Assembly (NCBI RefSeq): GCF_009914755.1
Contig: NC_060936.1
Origin: the human T2T-CHM13v2.0 reference genome, Homo sapiens
DNA: 64,000 bases
Direction: 5' to 3' (one strand)
Notes under the pieces: model-generated
What the model was told of the DNA's origin: nothing
Seen by the model: the letters and a program-made list of their open reading frames with translations, nothing else
Databases searched by the model: none
Translations under genes and position numbers: made by a program
Shown: positions 33,038 through 44,846 of the stretch, piece after piece
Layout of the letters: every line of letters begins with the position of its first letter
Numbering within the stretch: position 1 is the stretch's first letter

Positions 33038-33424
33038 TGATATGGTTAGGCTTTGTGTCCCCACCCCAATCTCATCTTGAATTGTAATCCCCATAATCCC
33101 CATGTGTCAAGGGAGAGACCAGGTGGAGGTAATTAAATCATGGGGCAGTTTTCCCCATGCTGTTCTCATGATAGTGAGTGAGTTCTCACGAGATCTGATG
33201 GTTTTATAAGGGGCTCTTCCCCCTTGGCTCAGCACTTCTCCTTCCTGCTGCCTTGTGAAGAAGGTGCCTTGCTTTCCCTTCACCTTCCGCCATGATTGTA
33301 AGTTTCCTGTGGCCTCCCAAGCCATGCAGAGCTGTTATACCTCTTTCCTTAATTAAACCTCTTTCCTTCATAAATTACCCAGTCTCAGGCAGTTTTTATG
33401 GCAGTGTGAGAACAGACTAATACA
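33038..33424 (+). mobile_element. THE1C/D MaLR solo LTR
   Basis: tgatatggttaggctttgtgtcccc...gaacagactaataca. Confidence 0.9.
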
Positions 33425-35969
33425 CTGCCTAACTGTTTTCCAAAGTAGCTATACCATTTTGCATTTTCACCAGCAATGAATTAGAGTTTCTCCTGCTCCA
33501 TGTGCATGTAACTCGGTGTCTTCATCTGTAAAACGAAGATAGGCATAGCTGCCCCTCCTTTCAAGGATGAAATGAATTAGTATGTGGCAAATGGTGCTCT
33601 GGCAGTACAGGCTAGTGCTGCTTTTGCTATCCCCATATGACAGGTGAGGAAATTAAAGGTTGAGGATCTATTTTGAGGATCGTAAGGTAGGGATGGGTCA
33701 GTTTGAGGTAAAAGGGTAAGGACTGAAGGAATATTTGATTTGGATGAGCAGAAGCAATGGAGAGATCTCCAAATTGCTAGACAAGGATAAGATGGCAGAA
33801 AATAGCCTGGGGGAACTCAGTAGTAAAAGGTAAGTGTAGTGAGGATGGAGTTCCAAAAATAATTTTTTGTCTATTTTTTTTTTCCTGTGGAGGCATCCAT
33901 GCAGCTTGCTTTTTGCTGATAATCGTGAAGCGTGTTATCTCCTGGGGAGATAAATGGGGAATGGAGTCCCCCAAGCACAAATGTTCGGTCACAGTCTATT
34001 TTAGTTAAGGTTAGAACTGCAACCTGGTGAAAATCCAAGATTGGTTTGTGGAAAAAAGTTTCTTTTTTGCTTTCCTTTAAGAGCTAATTTCTATAAACAA
34101 AGTTTTCCAGGCAGGAAGAGGAAACTGAGTTCCAGTAAAAACAAGCCACTTGAGGAGAGCCAGGAAGGAAGCCATGTGGGTGTTTGGGGCTACTAGCTTT
34201 TGTTCTGGATGGTCTTTTAGTCCACCGAGTGTGGCCAGAGAATTTAATTTTAACTTTGGAATGAAGCTGAGAAGGATCCTGTGGGCTTCTAGAGCCTTCA
34301 CATTGGTGCCTTCTGATGGAGAGGGCATCCTGTTGTGCCTGAAGCCTCCACGTGTTTGCTATTCATGCCACCTGAGGAATTGCAAGCCCTTTTTAGTATC
34401 TGGCTTTCGTATAATGTTCCATTTCTTTTTAAAGTATTTGGTGATTGTTGTCTCCAAGGATCCATCACAACCATGCTGAGGTAGGCAGGCCAAGAGTCCT
34501 TATTCCCACTTCACAGATGAGAAAACAGTTTCTCAGAGAATACATTTCCTGCCTAAGGTCACACGACTGACAAGTGGTAGTGTTAAAGTTGAACTCGGAG
34601 CTTAATATTACACCCCACTGGATGTGGAGGTGTGGGTTTGTGGGGTTGGAGGAGTGCAGCTGTAAGGAGTGAGGATAGACTATAAAAGATTTGAAAACAG
34701 AGGCTCATATTTTCTGCACCGTTGAATCCCTGCTGCCTGGCCTGTGCCTGGCTTACACAGGAGGTCTCAGATATTTGTTAAAATTGATTAAAAGGAAACC
34801 ACCAGGAGTCAGGATTGGCTTCAGACCAGGGAAGGACTGAGCCTTTATGTAGCAGGAACAGTAGTCCCCACTGGGGAGAAAGGGTAGGGGAATTACTTGG
34901 GGAGTCTGATGCACAGTAAGTAAGATTTTAATAAAAGACTGCCCAAGAAATGTGCTTTTAAACTGTATGGTGCAATGGCAACAAAATATATTTGCTTTCA
35001 TTTATTTCAGTCATAGAGGAAGTAACACAGACACCTTTCTGTGCCTCCACGTTGCCTCAACATGTTGCCAAACAGCAGGCCTTCAGAGCCCAGCCCTTTT
35101 GTGTCTGTAATACCTGCCCCATCCTGTGTTCCCTCCTGCCTGATACCCTGTTTGCTCCAGGGACATGGTCATCTTCCTCCCCCACATGAAGCTTGTTGGA
35201 GCTAGTGGCTCCCCCATCATTGTGGTAGGGAGGCAAGAGGACTTTGCAGTCAAGTAGCCTTGGGGCTGTAGTGTCTCTTGACAAAGATCAAGGTTTTCCA
35301 CATCCATCCCAGGCTTGACAGCAGCTCTCCCCTCCTTTGCCCTCTGCCATGGCCCAAACCACAGGCCCAGGTGTGCAGTCTGGATGAATCATATTTGGCT
35401 CCTTGAAGAACAAGTAGGGAAAACAGTCTGCTCTCAGGATGCTGAGAAAGAGAGACCTGAAAGCCCTTATTAGGTGTGGCCTCCCAGGCAGTATCTAAGG
35501 GCTGTGAAAGAGGACGCTTTGTTCTTCTTCCCCCTCCACCCCAGCCTCTGGCAGACTGGTCTCTGCTCTTTGACATGAAGGGATGCCAGATTCTCAGCTG
35601 CCTTGTGCAGCTGCCAGACCTTCACTAAAGAATATAGCTGCTGTTTCTGCAAGTGCAAGTGGTTTAGATTGCTGAGAAGACTCCTTTTGGTTTTGAATAT
35701 TTAGCCTGGCTTGGGGAGATCCTAACCTAGTGAGTGTGTCTGTTATGCCGAATAAATACAAATAAATAATGACAGTAATAATAATGGTAATAGCAACACA
35801 GCAGTGAGCTTTAATTGAACAATTACTAAGTGCCAGACACTATTTTAATTGCTTGCATTCATTATTTTGCTGAGTCCTCACAACAAGGTAAGGTAGGTAT
35901 GACAATTGCATTTTAAGATGAAAAACTTGAGACTCAGAGTTTACATAATTTTCCCAGGGACAAAGTATG

Positions 35970-36355
35970 TGTCTTAGTCCATTTGGTGTTGCTATAACAG
36001 AATACCACAGACTGGATAATTTGTAAAGACCAGAAACTTATTCTCTCACAGTTCTGGAGGCTGAGAAGTCCATGATCAAGTCCCCTGCATTTAATGGGGA
36101 CTTTCTTGCTGTGTCATCTCATGGTGGAAGATAGAAGGGTCAAAAAGGGGTGAACTCTGTGTCCTCACATGGCAGAAGAGCAAGGGAGAGAGAACCCCAC
36201 TGTCGCAAGCCCTTTTTATGGCAGCATTAATCCATTCATGTGGTTGGAGCCCCCATGACCTAAACAGCTCTGCAAAAGCCTCACCTTTATATACTGTTGC
36301 ACTGGGGATTAAGTTTCCAACACATGAAATTTGGGAACACATTCAGACCATACCA
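35970..36355 (-). mobile_element. MSTC/D-like MaLR LTR inserted in a MIR
   Basis: tgtcttagtccatttgg..gctataacagaatacc...cacattcagaccatacca; MIR halves on both sides. Confidence 0.82.
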
Positions 36356-36669
36356 GCTTGTGATAGCAAGTACATGATGAAAACTGGGTTCCATTGCAGG
36401 CCATTCTGACCCCAAGTTCAGCCTTGTAACCACTATGCCCGATGACTTCTTTCATGTGCTGAGCTGGGGGTGACTTCATTCGTGTATGTGGATATTACAT
36501 GATGGCCTTTGCTGCTGTGTTTCTTCCCCTAGATGGAATTCAGTGAAGCAGCTTTGCGGGAGAATGTACACTCCTCCACCACCCCTCCCACAGACCTGCC
36601 TGCAAGGTCTATGAACCTTCATCCATGTGCTTTGGGAGCCTCTCACCTCACCTCCTGCTGTCATTATAC

Positions 36670-37095
36670 CCCCTAGTCCCTTCTGTCCTCACTGACCTCC
36701 TCATTCTTCCTCAAACACATCAAGCATTCTCCTGTCTTAGGCACTTAGTGCTTCCTGTTCTTTCATTCTGGAATGTTCTTCACCCCACTGACTGCTGAGT
36801 TCACTCCCTCACTTCACTCAGATCTGCTAAATGCCACCTTAGCTGAAAGGCTGTAAGTCTCTAATCATTGGGTATAAAAAAGCATCCTCTCCTCTGATTC
36901 CCCATTTCACTTATCTGGGGCTCTATCCCTTTCCACTGCTTCATTCCCATTCAGCGCTCACATCACCACCTGTCATAATATACAAGCAGATGCTTGGTCA
37001 GTGTTGTTTTCTGCTATGTCTTTGCATTTAGAACAGTGCATGGCCCACACAGCATGCTCAGTAAATAGTTGCTGAATACTGTATTCGTGAATGAA
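36670..37095 (+). mobile_element. L2 3' end
   Basis: ctggaatgttcttc..; tagaacagtgcatggc..ctcagtaaatagttgctgaat..gaatgaa. Confidence 0.7.
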
Positions 37096-37421
37096 ATGGC
37101 CCAGGCACACCATTCCAGATGATGAGGCCAATTTCACATTATAACCTCAGGTAAATATTGACATATCAAGGTAGAAGCTGATGAAATCCAGCAGTTTCTA
37201 TTAAATATAGTGGCCAAAAATAACACAAAAATTTAAAATAAAAATATGAAAAATGCTTATATTATTCTCATAGACAGGTTATGTGCTTGTAATCATTACA
37301 TTAAAAGTTAGAGTTTGGGATTTGATCCCACTTAGGAAGAGTTGTTTTATTATTAGCCATATGAATGGGCATTTAGAACTCCATGTAGAAATTACTCATG
37401 GCTTCTCCATGAAGTCTTCTA

Positions 37422-37501
37422 TTAGGCTGGTGGAAACGTAATTGCAGGTTTTACCATTACTCTTAATGGCAAAAACCGCAATTACATTTGCACCAACCTA
37501 A
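37422..37501. mobile_element. MADE1 (Hsmar1-derived 80-bp MITE)
   Basis: ttaggctggtggaaacgtaattgc...gcaattacatttgcaccaacctaa, 80 bp, palindromic; TA on the left and CA on the right. Confidence 0.92.
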
Positions 37502-37528
37502 CAACTTTCCCAATAAGAATTAATACCT

Positions 37529-37835
37529 GGCCGGGCACAGTGGCTCACGCCTGTAATCCCAGCACTTTGGGAGGCCGAGGCAGGCGGATCATGAGGTCAG
37601 GAGATTGAGACCATCCTGGCTAACACGGCGAAATCCCGTCTCTACTAAAAATACAAAAAATTAGCTGGGCGTGGTGGTGGGCGCCTGTAGTCCCAGCTAC
37701 TCAGGAGGCTGAGGCAGAAGAACGGCGTGAACCTGGGAGGCAGAGCTTGCAGTGAGCCGAGATCATGCCACTGCACTCTAGCCTCGGCAGCAGAGCGAGA
37801 CTCCGTCTCAAAAAAAAAAAAAAAAAAAAAAAAAA
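37529..37835 (+). mobile_element. Full-length AluY
   Basis: Long A-tail; TSD aagaattaatacct (37515-37528) / aagaatggatacct (37836-37849). Confidence 0.95.
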
Positions 37836-38259
37836 AAGAATGGATACCTATGTCTTTGGAAATTCCAAAACACTTTATCTATACCTCTTAGTAAATAAGA
37901 GAGCTAGGCCAAAGTGATTCAAATAAGCATTGGATTTGGAGCCTGGCAAATACAAGTTCAAATCGTTCTTTCACACTTGATGGCTAGGTGACTGGCTGAT
38001 CCTCATAACTGTTCTCACACTTCTGTTTCCACATTTGTAAAATGAGGGTGCAGTGATGCAGCTAGGATTTCATTCATTCAACAAATATTTCTTGAGTACC
38101 TATTATGTGCCAGGGACTTTCTATATATTTGAGATACTTCCTAGAAGAAAACATACAAAAATTCCTGAGCTTATGGAATTTATATTCAAGTGATCACGTG
38201 TATGAAAATGATTTGTATACCATTCATTGCCAGGCTAATGTTAAATATTTCAGCAGATA

Positions 38260-38815
38260 CTGCTGGTTGCCTTCTTGCCATCTATCTACCCTGTTTTTGC
38301 TGACTTCCAGACCCTCAATTATGTTTTGGTCTCTGTCTCTCCCACATGATTCTGGGAACACTGACCACATCTATAGCCCCAGGAATAAATCCTCACCACA
38401 GTTGTCCCATAACCATTTTATCAGCGATTGATGTAGGGAGGGGAATGTCACCCAGGTGTGGACAATAGATGGGAAAAGAGACTTTCTAGAAGGTTTATGG
38501 GAAAGGTATCCTTTCTTCTATGAGGAGAAAACAAGAGATAGCCTCATTTTTGCCTCTGGAAATTGTCATGTCCCGATGTTACATCTGGAACTGGCAGAGA
38601 GGACGTAGGTAACTTCCCAGACTAAGGACACAGCCAACAGTGAAGATGCAGGGTGGAGCAATAGAAGGGATCTGGGTTCTCCATGATACTGTCAGCCACA
38701 AAATCACCCCAACTTGAAACTTACCCCACCTTTGTACTTGCTCCTATGGTTTCAAATTACTAAAGCCAATGTGAATTAGTGTTTTCTGTCATGTGCATGT
38801 AGAAACACTTTGATT
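38260..38815 (+). mobile_element. Old MLT1-type LTR
   Basis: cagcagatactgctggttgcc start; ctgggttctccatgatactg; ttactaaagccaatgtgaattagtgttttctgtca end. Confidence 0.55.
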
Positions 38816-39612
38816 GATAAAAGTTATTATGATACCATTTCTGCTATTTGTCGGCAGGATCATTGGGAGTTGGGTTTGTTTCATATTTATATCTGTATTT
38901 GTGTTCCTGGTCACATATAGCCCCATGTTTTATATCGATAGACAATGAATGCATATTTCAATGAAAATGTATTTATAATCATGTATTTATACCTTTGTAT
39001 TTATGTAATCTTTTAAGCTTTCTGCAGGTCTCAGGTTCAGTGCTTTGTATAGTTATATAAGAGAATAATCAATAGCAACTTACTTCCAAATCCTTTGGAT
39101 CTGGCAGATCCAAAATTTTAAAAGACCCCAAATTTTAACATCCATGTACTTTCAGTCCAGATTCTCAGATTCAGTATGCCTGGGGTGGGTTTACTGGAAG
39201 CATTGGCGTATAGTGTAAGTCAACACAAATATCTTTTGTAAAACCCTGTGAGTGTGGCTGAGGCAGCAACTCCACTGAATAAGCAAGGATGATCCAAACT
39301 CTGATGTCTGCTGTGTGTTCATACCAGTGAGTTAAATTGAGGGTGGGGTCCACCCTGCCTCATCATTTTGCTCAATGAGGTCATAGGAACTAGAAAAGGT
39401 TTGTCCCAGGTTCTAAACTGGCAGCCTGAGGTCTGGTGACATAGTGCTGGCATGTCATGGGACAATTAACTCTGCTTCCATAGGTGAAGAAGCTGAGACA
39501 AAAGCAGCAGAAAGACAATTGACCTACATTTGAAGCACACTGAGGATTTATGGAGAGAGGTCTCCCTGGTGTACATGCCCTTCTATGGAGTTGGCCTATT
39601 AACTTGACTCTC

Positions 39613-39615
<3 letters not shown>

Positions 39616-39650
<35 letters not shown>

Positions 39651-40542
39651 CTTTAAGTTTTAGGGTACATGTGCACAATGTGCAGGTTAGTTACATATGT
39701 ATACATGTGACATGCTGGTGCGCTGCACCCACTAACTCGTCATCTAGCATTAGGTATATCTCCCAATGCTATCCCTCCCCCCTCCCCCCACCCCACAACA
39801 GTCCCCAGAGTGTGATGTTCCCCTTCCTGTGTCCATGTGTTCTCATTGTTCAATTCCCACCTATGAGTGAGAATATGCGGTGTTTGGTTTTTTGTTCTTG
39901 CGATAGTTTACTGAGAATGATGATTTCCAACTTCGTCCATGTCCCTACAAAGGACATGAACTCATCATTTTTTATGGCTGCATAGTATTCCATGGTGTAT
40001 ATGTGCCACATTTTCTTAATCCAGTCTATCATTGTTGGACATTTGGGTTGGCTCCAAGTCTTTGCTATTGTGAATAGTGCCGCAATAAACATACGTGTGC
40101 ATGTGTCTTTATAGCAGCATGATTTATAGTCCTTTGGGTATATACCAAGTAATGGGATGGCTGGGTCAAATGGTATTTCTAGTTCTAGATCCCTGAGGAA
40201 TTGCCACACTGACTTCCACAATGGTTGAACTAGTTTACAGTCCCACCAACAGTGTAAAAGTGTTCCTATTTCTCCACATCCTCTCCAGCACCTGTTGTTT
40301 CCTGACTTTCTGACAAAGGGATAATATCAAGAATCTACAATGAACTCAAACAAATTTACAAGGAAAAAACAAACAACCCCATCAAAAAGTGGGCAAAGGA
40401 CATGAACAGACACTTCTCAAAAGAAGACATTTATGCAGCCAAAAAACATATGAAAAAATGCTCACCATCACTGGCCATCAGAGAATGCAAATCAAAACCA
40501 CAATGAGATATCATCTCACACCAGTTAGAATGGCGATCATTA
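39616..40542 (-). mobile_element. 5'-truncated, 5'-inverted L1PA3-like element (twin priming)
   Basis: Minus-strand 3' end 39616-40309 with (TAA)n tail; plus-strand segment 40310-40542; 15-bp TSD aacttgactctcttt at 39601-39615 and 40543-40557. Confidence 0.93.
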
Positions 40543-43500
40543 AACTTGACTCTCTTTACTGTCCAACACCTGTTTCACATTAAGCACTGTGAGAGACAGA
40601 AAGATAAGAAAGAAGCAATTCTTCATCCAGGGAATAACCATCTATTAGGAGACTATGATGAGTATTTAATTCATTCATCTATATGTTCATTCATTCATTC
40701 ATTTCTCCACCCACACAACCCAGTCCTATAAACTTGGAATAAAGCAGCAAATAATGTAGATGAGGTATCTGTTTCAGTGGAGCTCATATTCTAACAGAAG
40801 GTATATACTAAAATGTTAATTCCTAGTTAATGACTTCATTACATTTGTTCTATGTGCCACAAAGGCAAGAATTAGAGCATCACCAGAGCCTTATTAGGGG
40901 ACCTGGTCCAACTGGGAATACTATTATCTCCATCTCTAAGATAAAGAGAAAACTGAAGCAGAGAGGAATTATGTAACTTACCCAAGTTCATCCATGATGG
41001 TGCATGATGGAGCAGATTGTCTGTCTCCAGCTCTTGACCACTATACTCTGCAGGGGGCATCACGAGCTCCAGGTTTGCCATGGAGCCGGCAGTTGGGTAA
41101 ATTGGCTTGGACCCTAAAGGGGGTGTCTAGAGGGCAGGGTTATAACACAAGTTAGGATGCAGCAAATGCCAGAAGAGAAATGCAACCTGCTGTGGGGGAA
41201 AATCAGAGAAGAAGCATATCTATCAAAGGAAACATAAATCACTTCTTGGGGAGGGTGCCGTGTTCCTCAGATCCTAAAAGAAAGATGAGAGATCTTCCTC
41301 AGACAGAGAGCGATCGAAGGTAACCAGGGCATTCCAAGCAGAGAGAAGAGTGTGAACAAGGAGTTAGGGGAGGCAAGGTGGTGTCTTAAGAAGACCCTGC
41401 CAGCTCCCTCTCTTGCCTTACCTATTTCTTCTTGCCATTCTCAACAGCACCTGGTGCAAGGAATGTGTGAGGGAACAGAGTTATAGCTAGTTGCTGAATA
41501 TTTATTAGAGCCTCCCATTTCTACAACCCATGGAGTAACCAGAAGAGAGGAGGGAAAAGGAACTAACATTAGTGGAACCCCTACTGTGTACTAGGTGTGT
41601 TCCTATGTTATTTCACTTCATCCTCATATTAAGGACAATTTAGTTAAAAATGACAAATATCTAATTTGAACTAGCATCCGAAGGACATAATAACGCTACT
41701 GAATAACTCATGAAACCCAAGGCGAGGAAAACTGCTGAGCTTCAAGAATGACTGGAGTAAAAGACTTAATGCCAGTTTAGGTCTCTATCTCTCATCCCTA
41801 GTCCTCTCTGCATGGTCTTGCATCTGTTTCACTCTCAACAGACTAATTTCCTTTGCTTCTCTAGGCCATGCGGCCAGAAACCAATAGCCAACGTCACTCA
41901 AGATTTACAAATCATCGTTACGGTTTCTAAATCCCAGGAGAAGAGCTGTGAGTGGCCCAATTTGGGTTGGGGGCTAACCTGAACGGATGCATTGCTGTGT
42001 AGCAGGGGCATGTCACCCTAACAAGGTAGTTTTCCTACTAACCAGATGGATGAAATGCAGGAGGAAGTCCTATAAAATGGGGTACTGGATATATTACACA
42101 ATAGACATCATCTATACTCCATACAATTTATGACGTAGGTATCAGTAACCTCGTTTTACAGATGAGGAAACAGACATAGAAAGGCTATGTACTTTATCCA
42201 AGGTCACACACCTCACAGGACTGTCTTACTTGGAAGTAGAACATATGATCCCTGAAGCTCTGAGAGTAATGAGACAACCCTGCAAGACTGACCGTGGACT
42301 TCCTCCCTTCCCTCTGTGCCCCCTACTCTACCACACACAGCACACACAAATGGGTCTCAGATGCCTTGAGCAGTAAAGAAACCAAATACAGCATCTACTC
42401 AACTCGAGAACAGCATGTTTCTGGTCCTGCTGGCCCATTTATAGTGTTGATTTGAGGAGTGAGAAAGGAATCTAGTCTAAGAAATGAGTGGCTAACACTG
42501 ACCTAAACACGGGGGCACAACAAACACATTATCTTGGGAGGCCAGGAAGTTGCCCACTTACTGTGATCTCTGGCTGACAAACTCCTAGACCTTTAGAGCT
42601 AGGAGGGACACAAAAATGACACAGGGATGATCTAGCCTAAAACTTCCTTTTTACTGCCTAGAAACTGAGGCTCGAGATAGGCCTTGACCAGCCCAAGGTC
42701 ACACAGCCACTATTCAGCAGTTTCATTCCCTCCCTGGTCTCTTTCCCTTAGTCACCACTCCCTACCTCTACCATCCCACTTTCTTCCAATCCAACAACTC
42801 CAATAAATTTCTCTACCTTCAGGCATGCACACTAATTTATTACCTCCATGATGTGGCTTTGCAAGGTGCATCAGTTCTCCCTTCCCTGCCCCCATCTTGG
42901 TTTTTGTAGGTTTGTTTTGTTGTATTTTCTTTTGTTTTTACCATTTAATGGGCATAAATATGGGTCAAGGCATAACCATGCCTGCTAATTCATTTGCAAG
43001 CAACATCTTTTGTCATCCTACAACTGTCCTATAAATTATAGCTTTTCTTATGCCCTTTGCATCTTTCACAGTTGCAAAAACTGAGACAGCAGGGGATTAC
43101 AGTGCTCAGGCCCAGTTCGCACAACTGCTATTTAGTTGAGCCAGAATTTCACCCCTTATCTACCTGACAAAGCCTATATTCACACCCAGTCACCCACAGA
43201 GCCTCTCACCCACAGCTTCTTCGTGGAAGCTTGATTACGTGTAAGCTGGAAGTACTAATTGGCTAGCAGTCTATATTCTCCTTGAGACATGGATGTCCCT
43301 ACACAAACATAATAAGCTTGCTCTTTTAAAAGAGTATTTCTTCCCTTTGCCGTCCATTTTAATAACACGGTATTTGTAGGCAAGTCTGAAATAAAAATTC
43401 ATCCTATATTGCAATGGCTTCTGTTTTCCTCATCCAGGTAAGCAGTGTAATTTTTAATACTAATTTTTGTTGACTTCTTACCTAGGAAAATTATCTAATC

Positions 43501-44487
43501 CTCAGAACTTTGGGGGAGAGGAAAAGCATTGCTAACCAGGACTGTCTTAATTTTGGGTAAACACTTAATTTCTACATCCCATATATTCTTCCTTTGGAAA
43601 GATAGAATCAATTTTGTCTGGTACCTAAAAGGGTAAGATGCCTCATCTCATTGTTTTCTATGTCTTTCTGATGCAGCGCCAGCCATGGCTCTTATTCTGA
43701 AGTCATTCAGTCTGGCCTGGAACCAGAGAACATTATCTCTGCTCCCAGAATGCTCTTGGGTGAGGGTACATGTCAAATTACCATACATTACCCAGGAATG
43801 CCAGGACTCTTGCTGCTTACTGTGAATTTACAGTTCTTTGTTTTCTTCCAAACTCCTAGTATTGCTTTTGATGTGAAAAAGCAATTTTAGAATGTACCAT
43901 ATCTAATACAACACATGGACATATTCACCACACACATTATTTTAATTAAAGGAATTGGTATGCTGCCTTTTGCTGACAGTTAACACCAATGCTTTAATGC
44001 CATTTTCTGTTATTGATTAATGAGGTGCATACTCAAAGCAAATTAGAAAATAAATCATCAAAGACATTGATTTGCTTACCAGCTCTCCAATAAATGTATA
44101 TAATTAATTGTGGGTATGCTACCTGTCTCTGCTAGTGTAAGACCTCCCCTGAGTTCTTGGCCTCTCCTCTCCATCATTCTGTTATACTGCTGGGCTTAAT
44201 GGAGAAAGATTGAGAGCATAACTGAATGTGTAGTGTGGGTGAGGGCTTAAGCCGTGGGTATATCTGATATCCTAAGGTGGAAAAGGAATTTCTGCACATT
44301 CCTCCAAAGAGGGGATGGGGAGGCTGGTGGAGGGGAAGTTTCTGCTTGAATGAGGCAGCATGGGTTTTACCTCTGGAAGAGATTGCTTCTGAGCCAGGAT
44401 GGTTGTAGGATCAAGTGGTTTGTGCTTTCATGGTCATGCTGGGAAGAAACCTTGGTTTGCAGGTGCCAGGTGAGAGGAATAGGCGGC

Positions 44488-44846
44488 TATATTAGTCTGT
44501 TCTCACACTGCTAATAAAGACATAACCAAGAGTGGGTAATTTATAAAGGAAAGAGGTTTAATGGACTCACAGTTCCACATGGCTGGGGAAGCTTCACATT
44601 CACAGCGGAAGAGGAAGGAAGAGCAAAGGGACATCTTACATGGTGGCAGGCAAGAGAACATGTGCAGGGGAACTCCCCTTTATAAAACCATCAGATCTCA
44701 TGAGACTTATCCACTATCAGGAGAAGAGCACTGCAAAGTCCCACCCCCATGATTCAATTACCTCCCACTGGATCCCTCCCATGACATTTGGGGATTATTA
44801 TAATTCAAGGTGAGATTTGGGTGGGACACAGGGCCAAACCATATCA
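44488..44846 (-). mobile_element. THE1B/C MaLR solo LTR
   Basis: tatattagtctgttctcacactgc...ccaaaccatatca; TSD gcggc/gtggc. Confidence 0.9.
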
